Of a DNA stretch of 51,249 bases, positions 10,456-23,020 are shown one piece after another. Under the pieces are notes generated by a model, which was not told the DNA's origin, searched no databases, and was given only the letters and a program-made list of their open reading frames with translations. The stretch is from Chiloscyllium plagiosum (taxonomy: Eukaryota). Numbering within the stretch: position 1 is the stretch's first letter; every line of letters starts with the position of its first letter. The stretch spans positions 50,980,819-51,032,067 of the forward strand of contig NC_057718.1 of assembly GCF_004010195.1 (NCBI RefSeq), read 5' to 3'. The translations under genes and the position numbers were made by a program.

Positions 10456-11196
10456 TAAAGACAAGATTAGAGTGGTGCTGGAAATGCACAGCAGGTCAGG
10501 CAGCATCTGAGGAGCAGAAAAATTGACGTTTCGGGCAGGAGCCCTTCATCAGGAATGAGGCTGGAAGACTCAGGGATGGAGAGATAAATAGGAGGGGGTG
10601 GCGCTGGGGAGAAGGTAGCTGGGAGCGCAATAGGTGGATGGAGATAAGAGTAAAGGTGATAGGTCGGAGAACAGGGTGGAGCCGATAGGTGGCAAGGAAG
10701 ATTGATAGGTAGGACAGGTCATGGGGATGGTGCTGAGCTGGAAGTTTAGAACTGGGGTAAGGTGGGGAGGAGGGGAAATGAGGAAACTAGTGAAGTCCAC
10801 ATTGATGCCATGGATTGAAGGTTTCTGAGGCGGAAGATGAGGCAATCTTCCTCCAGGCGTCGGGTGGTGAGGGAGTGGCAGTAGAGGAGGCCCAGGACCT
10901 GTATGTCCTTGGCAGAGTAGGAGGGGGAGTTGAAGTGTTCGGCCACAGGGCGAAGGGGTAGATTGGTGCAGGTATCACGGAGATGTTCCATGAAGTACTC
11001 TGCGAGAAGGCATCCATTATCCCCAATGTAAAGGAGACCGCATTGGGAACAATGGTTGCTTCTTCATTCCTGATGAAGGGCTCCTGCCCAAAATGTCGAT
11101 TTTCCTGCTCCTTGGATGCTGCCTGACCTGCTGTGCATTTCCAGCTCCACTCTAATCTTGACTCTAATCTTCAGCATCTGCAGTCCTCACTTTCAC
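10456..11196 (-). mobile_element. 5'-truncated Penelope-like element (family A) with GIY-YIG C-terminal half and inverted terminal repeat
   Basis: Minus strand HCSQCGLLYIGDNG...MEHLRDT...PVAEHFNSPSY...RRLEEDCLIFRL. Inverted arms at 10462-10558 and 11064-11160. TSD catagtgat at 10447-10455 and 11197-11205. Confidence 0.9.
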
Positions 11197-12404
11197 CATA
11201 GTGATGAGAGAGACTGATGGTTTGCCAATGGTGCTTGCATTGACAAAGGGTGGGGGAGGACAGTGTCCATAGAGCAGGCAGGCCACTGTGGAGAAGATAG
11301 TGTTGGATGAAGGTCTGGAGAAGTGAGCAGTTAGCTGCTGCCACCAAGTAACCGTTCTAAGTTTCATGTTGAGGACTGGTGCTGCCTAGTCTCTTAGGGA
11401 TAAAAAAAATGGGAGATGCATATAAATAAGGCAAGTTGGGCTAATGAGATTAACGGATTAGCTGTATTTGCCACTTAATCACAATATTTTGAAGTTGTCA
11501 TTTGGATCTTAGGGGGAAAGATTGGCAAACCTTTCCTTGACATTGAGATTGTGCCTTTTTTTTCCATTCTTGCTGTATTTTTCCAACTTTCTCACAATTG
11601 CTCAGGCTGGTTAAGGAAGCAAAATAATCCACCAATAGTTTTGCCTTAAGACTTGTCACCACTTCTGTGTACAATTTTCGAGTTATGTATCTTTATTTTT
11701 GCCTTTCTAATTGTGTTCGAATAAATTTATTTTTAAAAAGTTAAAACTTCAATAGCATCAGGACAAGTTGGTCCTGAAACATAGTAACAGCCAAAATCTT
11801 TTGCTCCCACGACATAGCAACCTAAGTTTAAGACATTATCAGTTCCTCATTATTTGGAGATGGGTTAATATCATTAAATTTCTTATAAGTGTGATAGCAG
11901 CAACATCTGAAAGACTGCAGCTTTCCATGAAGACTTAGCTTCAGCTTCCCAGAACAGCTAATGTTACCTGCATCCGAAGATTAAACTTAATCAAAGAATT
12001 GTTTCATTGATGTGGGAGAATTATACACATTAGATTGAAGATTATTCATCAACTGAGATGGGGGATGGGGCCAGTGGGGGAGCTGCTCATTCCCCAGGGG
12101 GTAGTCATTACTTGCGCTGAAAATGGATTTTCTATTAGAATCAGTTGTGTCTTTGAAATGTCAATTGCATGCAAATCTCACTGATGCTTGTCGGACATTT
12201 CAATGATTGTTCTTGGGAACTAACTATTTAAATTGTAAACCGACTCTCAAAATGAAATGAAACCAAAGATGAGCAAAAGGCCACTATTCACACTTTACCC
12301 ACATGAATGTTAAAGCTTGATAATCTATGTCCACAGTAAGGAAGAACTATTTTGAAGTGGGGCGTTCCATAAATAATCCAGGCTAAAAGCTGGACATCAT
12401 GCTT

Positions 12405-12740
12405 CAGGGGAGGCAAAGTGGAGGGACTAAACAAACAGAGAGGGAAGGAGAATAAAGAAGGGTAAAAAAGAAAGGAAGGGACAGCATATGGGAAATTGAC
12501 AGATAACAAGAACAAAGGAAGAAAGGAGGGGAATGAGAAATAGAAGAGGGGACAGGAAGGGAGAGAACTGGGGATGGAAGTGGAAGGAAGAAAGTAAAAG
12601 AGAGGGGAGGGAAAAGAAGACGAAAAGGAGAAGAGACAGAAGAGGAAAGAAGAGGAGGTGAAGGGAAAGGAGGAATCAGGAATGAAAAGGAGATATAATA
12701 AGGATGCACAGGGTAATAGGGATATGGACAAAAAGAAATG
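12405..12740 (+). repeat. Polypurine (GA-rich) low-complexity tract
   Basis: About 330 bp that is almost entirely A/G on the + strand. It explains the F/S/P/L-rich minus-strand ORFs. Confidence 0.85.
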
Positions 12741-14214
12741 GAGCACATTCTCATCTGACCACAGGGCAGGAAACTATTTGTTCTCAGCGAGTAGAGAGTG
12801 GAAGTGATCCTGTCCAAGTTAGTTGAAAATTATTGAGAAAGAATTCAGAAACTATCTCCGCAAGGAATGTTTTTTACATTTTCACTTCACTGTGTGTGAG
12901 AGGATGGAAGAGAAGAAACTAAGAACCTTCTGGATTGGGTTGAACCAAATACTAGATCCCATCATTTTCCCAGTGAGAAGCGAAGAAGGTTGTCCTTATC
13001 CCTCAGCCCACAAAAACACATATGAAAACCTCCATTTACTTCCCAAGAACTTTTATAAGTAATGAACAGAGGAATTTGCATTCCTTCATAAAGACCACCA
13101 TCAATGTCTTGAAGTGGGATGGTCCATGATTCAGGTTGTGTTGCCCATTGACCTCAAAAGAGAGAGGAAAAAAGGTGGAGGGTGGGGCATTTTTTGTATC
13201 AGAATGACCAACCCAAATTATCCACACTCAATTGGTATCTTTCTTTCAATGAGCTTAATGTCCAAGGGAACATCACAGAAATAGTAGCAGGTGCAGTCTA
13301 TTGCATGACTTTGCAGCATTAAAAAATTCTCTGATGTTGAGGACAAGGGTTACTGTAAATAGAGTTTTATAAGCTAAAGCCAACCAACCTAAAGCTCAGA
13401 TAGAAATTAATAAAGTGGATCTCAGCAGGGTCATAGAGTTGACTAGTTTATAGGTCAGTAGCAGTGGACAGCAGTTGAGGGGAAGGCATGGAATGGCTAT
13501 TGAAATTGAACATCATGTTACATTCAAATTTATCCAAATATTCACATTAACTTTGGGATAACTGGGACGAGAAAGGTTAAAGGCTACTAACTTCTATAAT
13601 TCTAATTACTAGGACTAACCAATAACTATGGAAACAATATACCAAAGTGCACAGCAATTCAGGAAAAAATAAACGTCCTCAATACCAGGATAAAATGTTG
13701 ATACTGTTGGGTTTATGATACATTAAAACCATGTTAGGGCAACTCTTTTAGAATTGTCTTTAGAACAAAATGTTGAATGTTTTCAGTTCAGAAGAATCAA
13801 GAGTTAGTTCAGAAAGTAGAACAGTCTCTGCTAGCAGGAAAACTAAGTTCTGCTTTCTCCAAATTGAGTTCAGGGAAACAAGTTACTGCAGCAGAAGCAG
13901 GCTCTATTGCATGAAGTTTCCAAGCCAAGAATGTTTTGATATAAATCCTCAAGTTGTTGGAACTGAGAATGTTTAAGCCACTAAAATGAGGTGAGGTTCA
14001 TGCTATCAGACTCAGCAAGGAATTGTAAAATTGTCTCTGCAGTCTGAGGGAAAGAAACTGGAAAGCCTGAGTTAACTGAAGACTTAAAGAATTGAGAGAG
14101 GGTCTCTTCAGAGGGTCAGTGCAGACCCAATGGGTCTAATGGCCTCCTTCTGTATTGTAACAATTTTGTGATGAAGAGATGCCCTTAAGGTGTTGTCTTA
14201 CATTTTTTTTTGTT

Positions 14215-14575
14215 CATTGTGCATTGCTAGCTGGGGCAGAATCTATTGCTGTCTCTAATTGCCTTTGAGAAAATGGTGGTGAGCTGAAGCCTTGAATTGC
14301 TGCAGACCATGTGCTATAGGTAGAGTCAATGCCATAAAGGAGGCAGTTCCAGGATTTTATCAAAAGATGCAAAAGGAAGTGGGAAAATCCTGCAGAGATA
14401 TTCTGGAGCTGAGCTGACCAACCTCCAACAACCACCGTCACCTTTCTATGTACTAGGTATGACTCCAACCAGCAGTGTTTTATCCTGATTCCCATTGACC
14501 CCTGCTTTGCTAGGCCTCCTTGATGCTGTAATTGATCAAATACAGCCTTGATGTCAAGCACAGATACTCTTACAC
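14215..14575 (-). mobile_element. Non-LTR retrotransposon RT fragment joined to a 3' tail
   Basis: LDIKAVFDQLQHQG...WLESYLVHRKVTVVVGG (RT LD..AFD motif). Confidence 0.75.
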
Positions 14576-15327
14576 TGGTTTAAGTGGAGTTATTGACCCC
14601 AGCACTGCACAACATTGACAATTTAACTACCAATTTCACAATAGCCCAGCAGTATACACATAACTCCTTCACCTCTCAACAATGGCTAATGACCTCCTCA
14701 CCGTCACTTACAGCTCCCTGATAATGTTTCTTCCCCCCCGCCCCACTATTCCTCCAAAAATGCTCAGGCAACTTCCCAATAATATTCAGTTGCCTTTACC
14801 ACCCTGCAGCTGCTGGTAATGCTTACGTTCCACTATTCTCTTCAAAAAATAGTGAATTTCCCTTCACCATCTCTCCTCCCCTGACAATGCTCAGTGATTA
14901 AGATTGGGAGCACATTGCCTGAGAACGCAACTTTCAGAAGGGATTTGATAATTTTCTGAAGAGATAATTATGCCAGGATAGTGAATCTAGCTGTGTTGTT
15001 CTTGCAGAAAGCTGGATCGACATGACAGGTCAAATGGTCTCCTTCTGTGCTCTAAACATTCTGCAGCTCCATGATAAGTGACTCAGAAAAATAATTTATA
15101 CTAATAACAATATACTCTGTAGGTCACATAGCAGTGACATTTGATATACACAAAGTGCCATGTTATAAAAACACCAGCATTTAAACATCAAGACAAAAAA
15201 CTGAGTTGAAGAATGTAGTGAAATGGAATCATAGAAAACAAAATGAATATCCAGCCTTCCTACAGCACTTCAAGAGTTCAATCAGTGATAAATTACGCTG
15301 GATTTTACCAAACTGACATCCAGTCTG

Positions 15328-15528
15328 GGAGAAAGTGAGGACTGCAGATGCTGGAGATCAGAACTTAAAAATGTGTTGCTGGAAAAGCGCAGCAGGTCAG
15401 GCAGCATCAAAGGAACAGGAGAATCGACGTTTCGGGCATAAGCCCTTCTTATGCCCGAAATGTCGATTCTCCTGTTCCTTTGATGCTGCCTGACCTGCTG
15501 CGCTTTTCCAGCAACACATTTTTAAGCT
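15328..15528. mobile_element. PLE-derived fold-back element (family A), young copy
   Basis: Near-perfect inverted arms of about 80 bp. Perfect 15-bp TSD ctgacatccagtctg at 15313-15327 and 15529-15543. Confidence 0.92.
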
Positions 15529-17014
15529 CTGACATCCAGTCTGCACTGTGATATATTTGCCTAATGTCTTTAGTTAGAAATGACATTCGAGACACCTCCT
15601 ATGTCCTACTTATTATACTTCACTGTGTAGTCACTGCTCAAAGCAACACCTTCATTTTGCCTGAGGTAATTTATCTTCACTTGCACATTTTGCTGAAGTT
15701 TAAGATCTGCAGCAGGAGGAAGAATGTCATTATCTGGAAAACTGTTACATTCCAGCTGAAAGTTTCTGCAGAAGCAATTAAGAACAAAGGACTTCATGAC
15801 ATTTTTAGTCCACCTTCTGATTTAACTTTGCATTTGCCACATTTCTTAAATCTAAATGTATTGTCATAACTGTAACTTGAGGTAAGTTTTACTATTACGA
15901 CCTGGAATGGATACATTTTGGACTATCATTTAATTATGAATGGATATTAATGCAAAACTAAATATTTTCAGGTTCCTAAGTTGATAATTTATTTCTATTT
16001 TACAATGAAATGCAAGTTTTTCTCTAAGACTGAAAGACTCCGAGATGAGAAATGTTTTTGTTTTATTTCCTGAATAGAATCTTTAACCAGTGCAAGTATT
16101 GGTACGAATGAGATGGTTTTATTGATGAAACAGAATAGTAGCTAATGCCCATTCTTCAATCCATTGTTCATTTTGTCTAATTAGATGGTTAGGAAAGAGG
16201 AGTACGATCATCTTTGGTCCTTTACCCACTCCAGCGCTATCCATTCTACTATTCATCCATGGGTCCATACTCTCTGTGCTTAGCTGCATTTTCATAGACG
16301 TATTACCCGGACTGTCTTTGCCCACTCATTATATTATTTCTGTAAAAGACATTTTTGGTATTCCTATTTGGTCAAGCATGGCCTTCTCCTTTGAAATTTG
16401 TGTCAACCTTGTATTTTTAGTTTCTATATCTAATTCTCTATATAGTGTCTCTTGTGTAAAGATTCCATTATTTTATGTATGTCCACCATTAAGTTAATTG
16501 GTCTACCGCTGGATTTATTCTCTTATGAAAAAAAATGAATAATGTTAGCTATCTGCCAAATCTTTAGCATGATATATGTAATGGTGAATGTACAATCGCC
16601 CCCAACCTTTCTATTATTTAGATGAAATCCATCCAGATTAGCAATTTCATTCTAAGGCTGATGAATTTATTAATTATCAAAATACTTTTATTTCATTTTG
16701 ATCTCTTCTAATGTCATGTTCACCATGCTAGTCTCTTTAAAAAGCAAACTGTACCAGTTTGGAAGCATCTTTAAATGTTCACTATTTTAGAGAAGCATTT
16801 ATACTGCTTTTTTACAAAGGACATTTTTGTATAAACATGTGCTCTGCTGCAATATAATTTCAGATTTCCTTAGAAGATGAGAACTATGACAGACCTTGAA
16901 GTTATTACTCCTCTGCTCTCCAGTTGTATTCATCTGATAAATGTGTTCACAACGTTTCCTTTCACCAACATTTCCAATGAAATTGGAAAACGTTGGGCTT
17001 CCACAAATGGTCGA

Positions 17015-17170
17015 GAGAGAAAGTGAGGACTGCAGATGCTGGAGATCAGACTTGAGACTGTGGTGCTGGAAAAACATAGGTCAGGCAGCATCTGAGGAGC
17101 AGGAGCATCCTTTCTCCTACTCCTCGAATGCTGTCTGACCTCCTGTGCTTTTCCAGCACCACACTCTCAA
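17015..17170. mobile_element. Older PLE family A fold-back element lacking the hammerhead centre
   Basis: gagaaagtgaggactgcagatgctggagatcag...ggagcaggag followed by inverted ctcctactcctcgaatgctgtctgacc...cagcaccacactctcaa. Confidence 0.75.
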
Positions 17171-18324
17171 TAACAGCACAGTTTACAGTAGGCTTTGTGA
17201 CAACATTGCGTGGGACATCCATCAGGGCTAACCTGAACATCAGGAGCAACTTACTGCTTCTTGGACTGACTTCTAGACAAGATTTGAGGCAAGATTCTGA
17301 CTGGCAGCAGCCAGTTGCTAATTAAGGAAGATTATTGTTTATTAAACAGCTGCACATCTATTCTCAGTAATATAGAGCTTCCTATCTTATCAAAATACCG
17401 AACATTTCTTGTGATGGAAGTCAGAGTAGGTACTTTATGACTTCAGCTGGACACTGGCAACAAAATGTCTTTGTGTTGCTCACCATGCAATCTCAGGACA
17501 TAACCATGGGCAAGCACCCCTTGTCCATGACATTGACAACTGAGATTTGCCAATTCCTCATGACACTCCTCTGATCAATTTGTGTCTGCTTCAGAAGCAC
17601 AGACTTGCACTGTGGGATGCATCAATGACGAGCATCGAAGGACTGCTACAAGGAAACTTTGCATACAGGGACAGGCACGTAGACTGGAGCAGGCTGCATC
17701 TCAGTGCTGTTTGCTTCCTCTCTCAGCACTTGTACACTTAGCACCTGCATATATGTTCACACCATCCAAGCCTTGACTTGACATGCCAATTAATGCAGTC
17801 ATAACAAGGCAACTTATCATTCTTGTCAGCAGTCCTCAGTCAAGGAGGTATACATCTTGTACAGTATTGTGCTAGGTCAATCTCATACCTGCACCATTTC
17901 TGCACAGTAAGTCAAGTGCAGCCTCCGATCTCAGTCAAGGGGATTGGGGACGGTCAGAAGTCCAGTTGGGGGGTTTGCAGTCAGGAGATCTGAGCATCTG
18001 CAGTCCACAGAGTGGGTCACAGTTCACAGTTGTGTCCTGCAGCCAATTTGGGGAATTAGAGCTAACGTGGTCAGGGAGATATACAGGTATCAGTCAGGGT
18101 GAGGCACTTTTTGTCCAGGGCTGTCTCCTCACATCACTCAAGGTGGTGGACAATGTGAAGTCCTTTGGGTCTGCAGACAAACGGACGCAAAATTGGGTTC
18201 TGAGGTTTCGAGGGAAACCAAGAACCTATCAGTGCGGATTGAGGCTGCAGGCTGGGATACAGAGGAGGGATGACAATTCTGAATGATGGCAGCTGTCCTT
18301 ATTAGTGCACGATATGGGAACCAG

Positions 18325-18890
18325 CAAGTGGGGTCGCAGTTAGGTAGGATAGTGAAGAAGGCATTTGGTATGCTTTCCTTTATTGGTCAGAGTATTGAGT
18401 ACGGAAGTTGGGAGAACATGTTGCGGTTGTACAGGACATTGGTTCGGCCACTGTTGGAATTTTGCATGCAATTCTGGTCTCCTTCCTATCGGAAAGATGT
18501 TGTGAAACTTGAAAGGGTTCAGAAAAGATTTACAAGGATGTTGCCAGGGTTGGAGGATCTGAGCTACAGGGAGAGGCTGAACAGGCTGGGGCTGTTTTCC
18601 CTGGAGCGTCGGAGGCTGAGGGTTGACTTTAAAGAGGTTTACAAAATTATGAGGGGCATGGATAGGATAAATAGACAAAGTCTTTTCCCTGGGGTCGGGG
18701 AGTCCAGAACTAGAGGGCATAGGTTTAGGGTTAGAGGGGAAAGATATAAAAGTGACCTAAGAGGCAACTGTTTCACACAGAGTGTGGTACGTGTATAGAA
18801 TAAGCTGCCAGAGGATGTAGTGGAGGATGGTACAATTGCAACATTTAAGAGGCATTTGGATGGGTGTATGAATAGAAAGGGTTTGGAGGG
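18325..18890 (+). mobile_element. CR1-clade LINE ORF2 C-terminus, relatively young
   Basis: Open frame RIVKKAFGMLSFIGQSIEY...LYRTLVRPLLEFCMQFWSP...LERVQKRFTRMLPGL...TRGH. Ends abruptly at the LTR. Confidence 0.9.
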
Positions 18891-19671
18891 TGTTGGGGAG
18901 ATTTCACTGGGGTGTTTAATGTAGGGCTAGGGAGGGTGACACTAGTTCTGCAACAGACACTTCTAATTCCAGCCCTGAAATGGTTAACAACAGCCAAGCG
19001 AGCTGCTGCTGGCGACTGCATGACTACCTGGCTGGAGCTTTTAAGGGATATGCATAATGTTAATTAAATCTTGGAGCCTGTAAATACTAGCCAGTATCAA
19101 TTGCCCCATCGAAACTCGGGATTAATAAAGAAACCGATCGGAATCTGTAACTGTTAGACAAGTGTGAATTACTCTATCGGAACCTGTAACTGTTAAGTGT
19201 GAATGGCTCTATTTAAGTCTAAAGTTGATAAGTGTAATTGTCAATTTAGTTAAACTGAAACTATTGAAAATGGCTAGCCTGTCAGACGCATAGTAATTCC
19301 TTGAAACAATGAACTATTGAATACGGGATCGGAACCGCTCCCGGGGATGGCTGAGCCACTGTCAAGTACAGCAGGAGCTGGACAGGCACTTCGATGCGGC
19401 CAATAGGAGGACGGATCCCCAGCGCGTGCAGACCAATGGACCAATGGGGAAGGCGAACTGACCGGGGACTCCAGGCAGCGCGAAGTATAATTGTGTCAAG
19501 TTTGAACGAGAAGGGAGAACGCCTTCTCCAACGAATGCATGCTTGTAGATTCGTTGTACCAGTTAAGATTCTGTGAATAAACGGCTGTCTGCGTCTAACC
19601 ATAGTTGCCAGTGTGAGTCTCTCCTTCCGAAAAAGCATGCAAAGACGGGACCCCGCGGGTCCATCTTAACA
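18891..19671 (+). mobile_element. Solo LTR (ERV- or Gypsy-like), 781 bp
   Basis: Termini TGTT...AACA. Three CCAAT boxes at 19400-19445, TATA-like gtataatt near 19485, AATAAA at 19577, an internal direct repeat at 19139-19212, and CpG enrichment. No TSD. Confidence 0.7.
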
Positions 19672-20069
19672 CGCTACACAAGCTTCATTCAGCTTGCATC
19701 CATATGCTGCAGAATGAATACCAATTTGTGCTATATTCTACATGGATGTGAAGTTAGACATCACAATGGGATAGCTACAACTGGAGCAATGCAGAGATTC
19801 AGACAAAGAATGGAATGCAAAGTTATGTAAATTTATAAAAGCGCCAAACTTCATATACAATGCACTGCTAACTGTATCACCAAAGTACTCTCAAAGTGGT
19901 TTTATTTTATTTCTTTCCCTCCCTTTATGTCTTAGGATTATCGCAGGTTCCACAGCTGGGTGGAGACAGCCTGCAAGTCCGATGATGTGCAATGAATGAC
20001 ACAGAGTGTGATTAATGTATGAGTTGAATAGAATGAAGAGGGGTAGTCACTCAGTTGGCTGCAGATGGA

Positions 20070-20660
20070 CGCCTTGGCATCCATGCATCTCAGTACAGAA
20101 CAGGAGGTGAGGAGCCTGATATCCAGAGTCTTATTGCCCAAATGCAGACTGTTTGCTCCTCGAATGAGAAAAAGGGAGAGAATGATTGAGATGAAAGTGG
20201 CTGTTCGTGCTGATGGAGGTGGAGAAAAGGAGGCGAGGTGTCCTGATTGAGTGAGTAGGTGGTGCAGAAGCCATGCAGGGTTAGAGATGTGGAGGGGTTA
20301 TGAGCAACGAGTGCAAGTAAAGTGAGATGCTGCATGTGACAGTGAGAGTGGCAGAGTACAAACTTCAGTGTAGGTGGTTAACAGAGATATAAAGAGTGTG
20401 AAGTAGCAAAGGGAAGACTGTGATACTTAACCAGATGGACCAGACATGATTTTTGAACTTCTGGCAGCACTGCTGGCCATTCCTTTGCACCATGGAAACT
20501 TACTAATCCATGTGGCAGCACTGGGAACAGGCACATCTCCTTGGGACCAGCCCATTCATTTGGTCCCTGCCGTAGAATCACAGCACCATCTTCCCCTTCT
20601 CCAACAGCTTTGGACAAAGTGCTCATCTTCCAACAGGGAAGCCTCAGAACGCCAGTGCTT
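20070..20660 (-). pseudogene. Fossil Myb/SANT (trihelix) domain gene of a Harbinger-type transposon
   Basis: Minus strand VQRNGQQCCQKFKNHVWS at about 20440-20493 (compare RT.QQCRKKFNDL). Downstream are a pyrimidine tract and a DIRLLT segment near 20105-20123. Confidence 0.45.
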
Positions 20661-22894
20661 GTCCGGGAGCACAGTGTGTGCCTGTGATGCAGGTATTTTG
20701 ATAGATATCTGTTCGGTGGCAAAATGATCCAAGAATGATGCACAGTAAGATGGGACCAGAATGGAGTGAGGGGGACAGTCAATAGGGTAAGATACAGTCA
20801 GAGATTTTGTTGATTTTGTAACAAGAAACCATCCAGAAAAACTCAACACATCTGGCACTTACCAAAAAAATAAGGTTTGACCCATTGTTCTTAACTGGGT
20901 CAATAATGTTGCTAGAAATACTCAAACAGAAGAAAAAATCCTATGATATCTTGAATATGCAATGACGAATGAAATCTTTCCCTTACCATTTCAATGTGTT
21001 GGAGAAGCAAAATCAGGATTTCTATTCCGCATATGTTTTTGCAAGGCAATGTTCAACAGAAATACCATTCTGCTTCTGCTTTAATTCAGATTTTGTCTAA
21101 ATTATTTGAATCACATAGTCATAGAAGTCCACAGCTACTGGAAACATAACAGCTTTTATGCATTTAACATGCATTGGACAGTTCAACAGAAATACCATAT
21201 GAAAGATTATGCATGATTCATTTAGTTTAATTAAATTAGAAATTACTGAAGGTGGACGGCATGAAGTCAAGCCAATAGCATCTTCTTTTTCCCATTCTTT
21301 GCTGTTTTCATTCCTCACTCACATCTGATAGTTTGCATTCCATTTACATTCAATGCCCACCCTGCTCTTCTACTTTCAGGTACTGACCAGGACAATGCAG
21401 CTAAAATCAGTTAACAAAATCCAATAGCTAGTGTAAATGATTAGCCAACATAATATTATACAAGTACAACGGAAACAATTCAGTAATTTCAGTCACCCTT
21501 CTTTTAGACACCAATTGGCCTGCTTCTGCTTCTGTCCAGTTGCTTTTATAATGATAAGAATGACAGTTTTAGGGTCTAAATATTAAGAGTAGCCTCATTG
21601 AAACTAAACATGTATATTCTCCAAAAAGAAATAGTGTATGGTTTTCTTAAGTGCAAATCATACTGCTAAGATACTTGGCATGTTAATAATTGGGATGGCA
21701 ATAAAACAAAGATGTTAGTTCCAACTATGCCAAGCTAAAGTAAACCAGTTATTTCCGAATAGTTTTGCATACTAATTAACACAAAACATCGCTGTTTGCA
21801 TTAAAAAAAACATTGGATTTTTACATCCCAAATGGCACTGGAACAGAGGCAGAACAGAAATGGAGTCAATGTCCTTTGTACTGATTTTCTGTCTCTATCA
21901 CGATTCTGATGATTGGTAGGAAAACAGTAAGATGAACAATGGGAGGAACTGAGAAAAGGAACTTGTTGCCTCACTAATTTGAGGGTTTGGGGAGCTTGTT
22001 AGAAGCTTGCCTCTGACCATCAAAGATTTGGATGAGAGTGGCTGTCATGAGGAGCTTTTTAATGTTGGCAAGCTGAGAAATTATGGGAACAGAGGTGGTA
22101 GCACCAGAAGTTTCAATTTATGCATAATAGTGAGAACTTGGACAACAAAAATGACTGAGCGTTAATAGAATTTTATTAATCAACTCTGTTTCAGGTCTCA
22201 TCTCTCCATCCCCTCTGGCCACTTTAAAGATGAAGATTCTCAGTTATGTCAGACCTCACATCGACAGCAGCTACACAATGACTGCCAATTGGAACTAAAA
22301 TGCAGTTTATTTGCTTGGTGTCCCACTTCCTTTCCCTACACGCCCCTCCCATCGCTGTATCAGTTGGCAGGTATATCTCTTGGGTAATTAAGACATTGAT
22401 GCCTGGAAATTGCACTTCATGACAAACTGGAGACAGACTTAAGTACACAATCCAGAATTGAACCTGCCTCAAAATTCTCACTTCCCACTGGAAAATCTGA
22501 CCCTTGGCGCCAAGCATGGGTGATTGATATAATTCCTACTTCAAGGTCAAAAGCTCTTGGCTTCAAAGCATACTCAAGGTAGTCAATCTCAGAATTTAAA
22601 ATCAACTAATCTTGTAACATATAGGAAAGCTACTTGGATCATTGTGTCTGTATGGGTTCTTTGAAAGAGCTGTGCAATTACTCTCGCTCCTGGCTTTTTC
22701 CAAATAGCTCCAGAGTATTTTATTTTAATATTTTGAAAGTTACTATTTAATTCGCGTCAAGATTTCTTTCAAGTACTGTATTCCATAGAACAACTTCCAG
22801 TACAAAAAAAAGTCATCATAATCCCTTGTTTTATTGCAGCGATTATCTTAAATCTAGTTAGCAACCTACTTCTCAATGGAAAAAAATTCTTCCT

Positions 22895-23020
22895 ATCTAC
22901 ACCATGCTGTGTGCTAAATAGCTGCTGCTTTCTCCTATGTTACAACATTGATTACACTTCAAAAGTATTTCTTTGGCTATCCTTAGATTGTGTAAGATAC
23001 TGCATAAATTCAATCTTTTG
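22895..23020 (+). mobile_element. 3' tail of a SacSINE1-like Deu-SINE
   Basis: tgctgtgtgctaaatagctgctgctttctcctatgttacaacattgattacacttcaaaagtatttctttggct. Similar to 30420-30500. Confidence 0.55.

Noticed and set aside
12288..12817. Long hydrophobic minus-strand ORFs (152 and 137 aa)
   Set aside because: Artefacts of the polypyrimidine strand of the GA-rich tract.
12823..13160. ORFs containing TYENL (plus strand) and LYEGM (minus strand) tyrosine motifs
   Set aside because: No recognisable family and no convincing paired splice sites.
15606..16345. Possible minus-strand exons (hydrophobic GPI-like tail; short exon near 16305-16338)
   Set aside because: Several frames are equally plausible and no homology was recognised.
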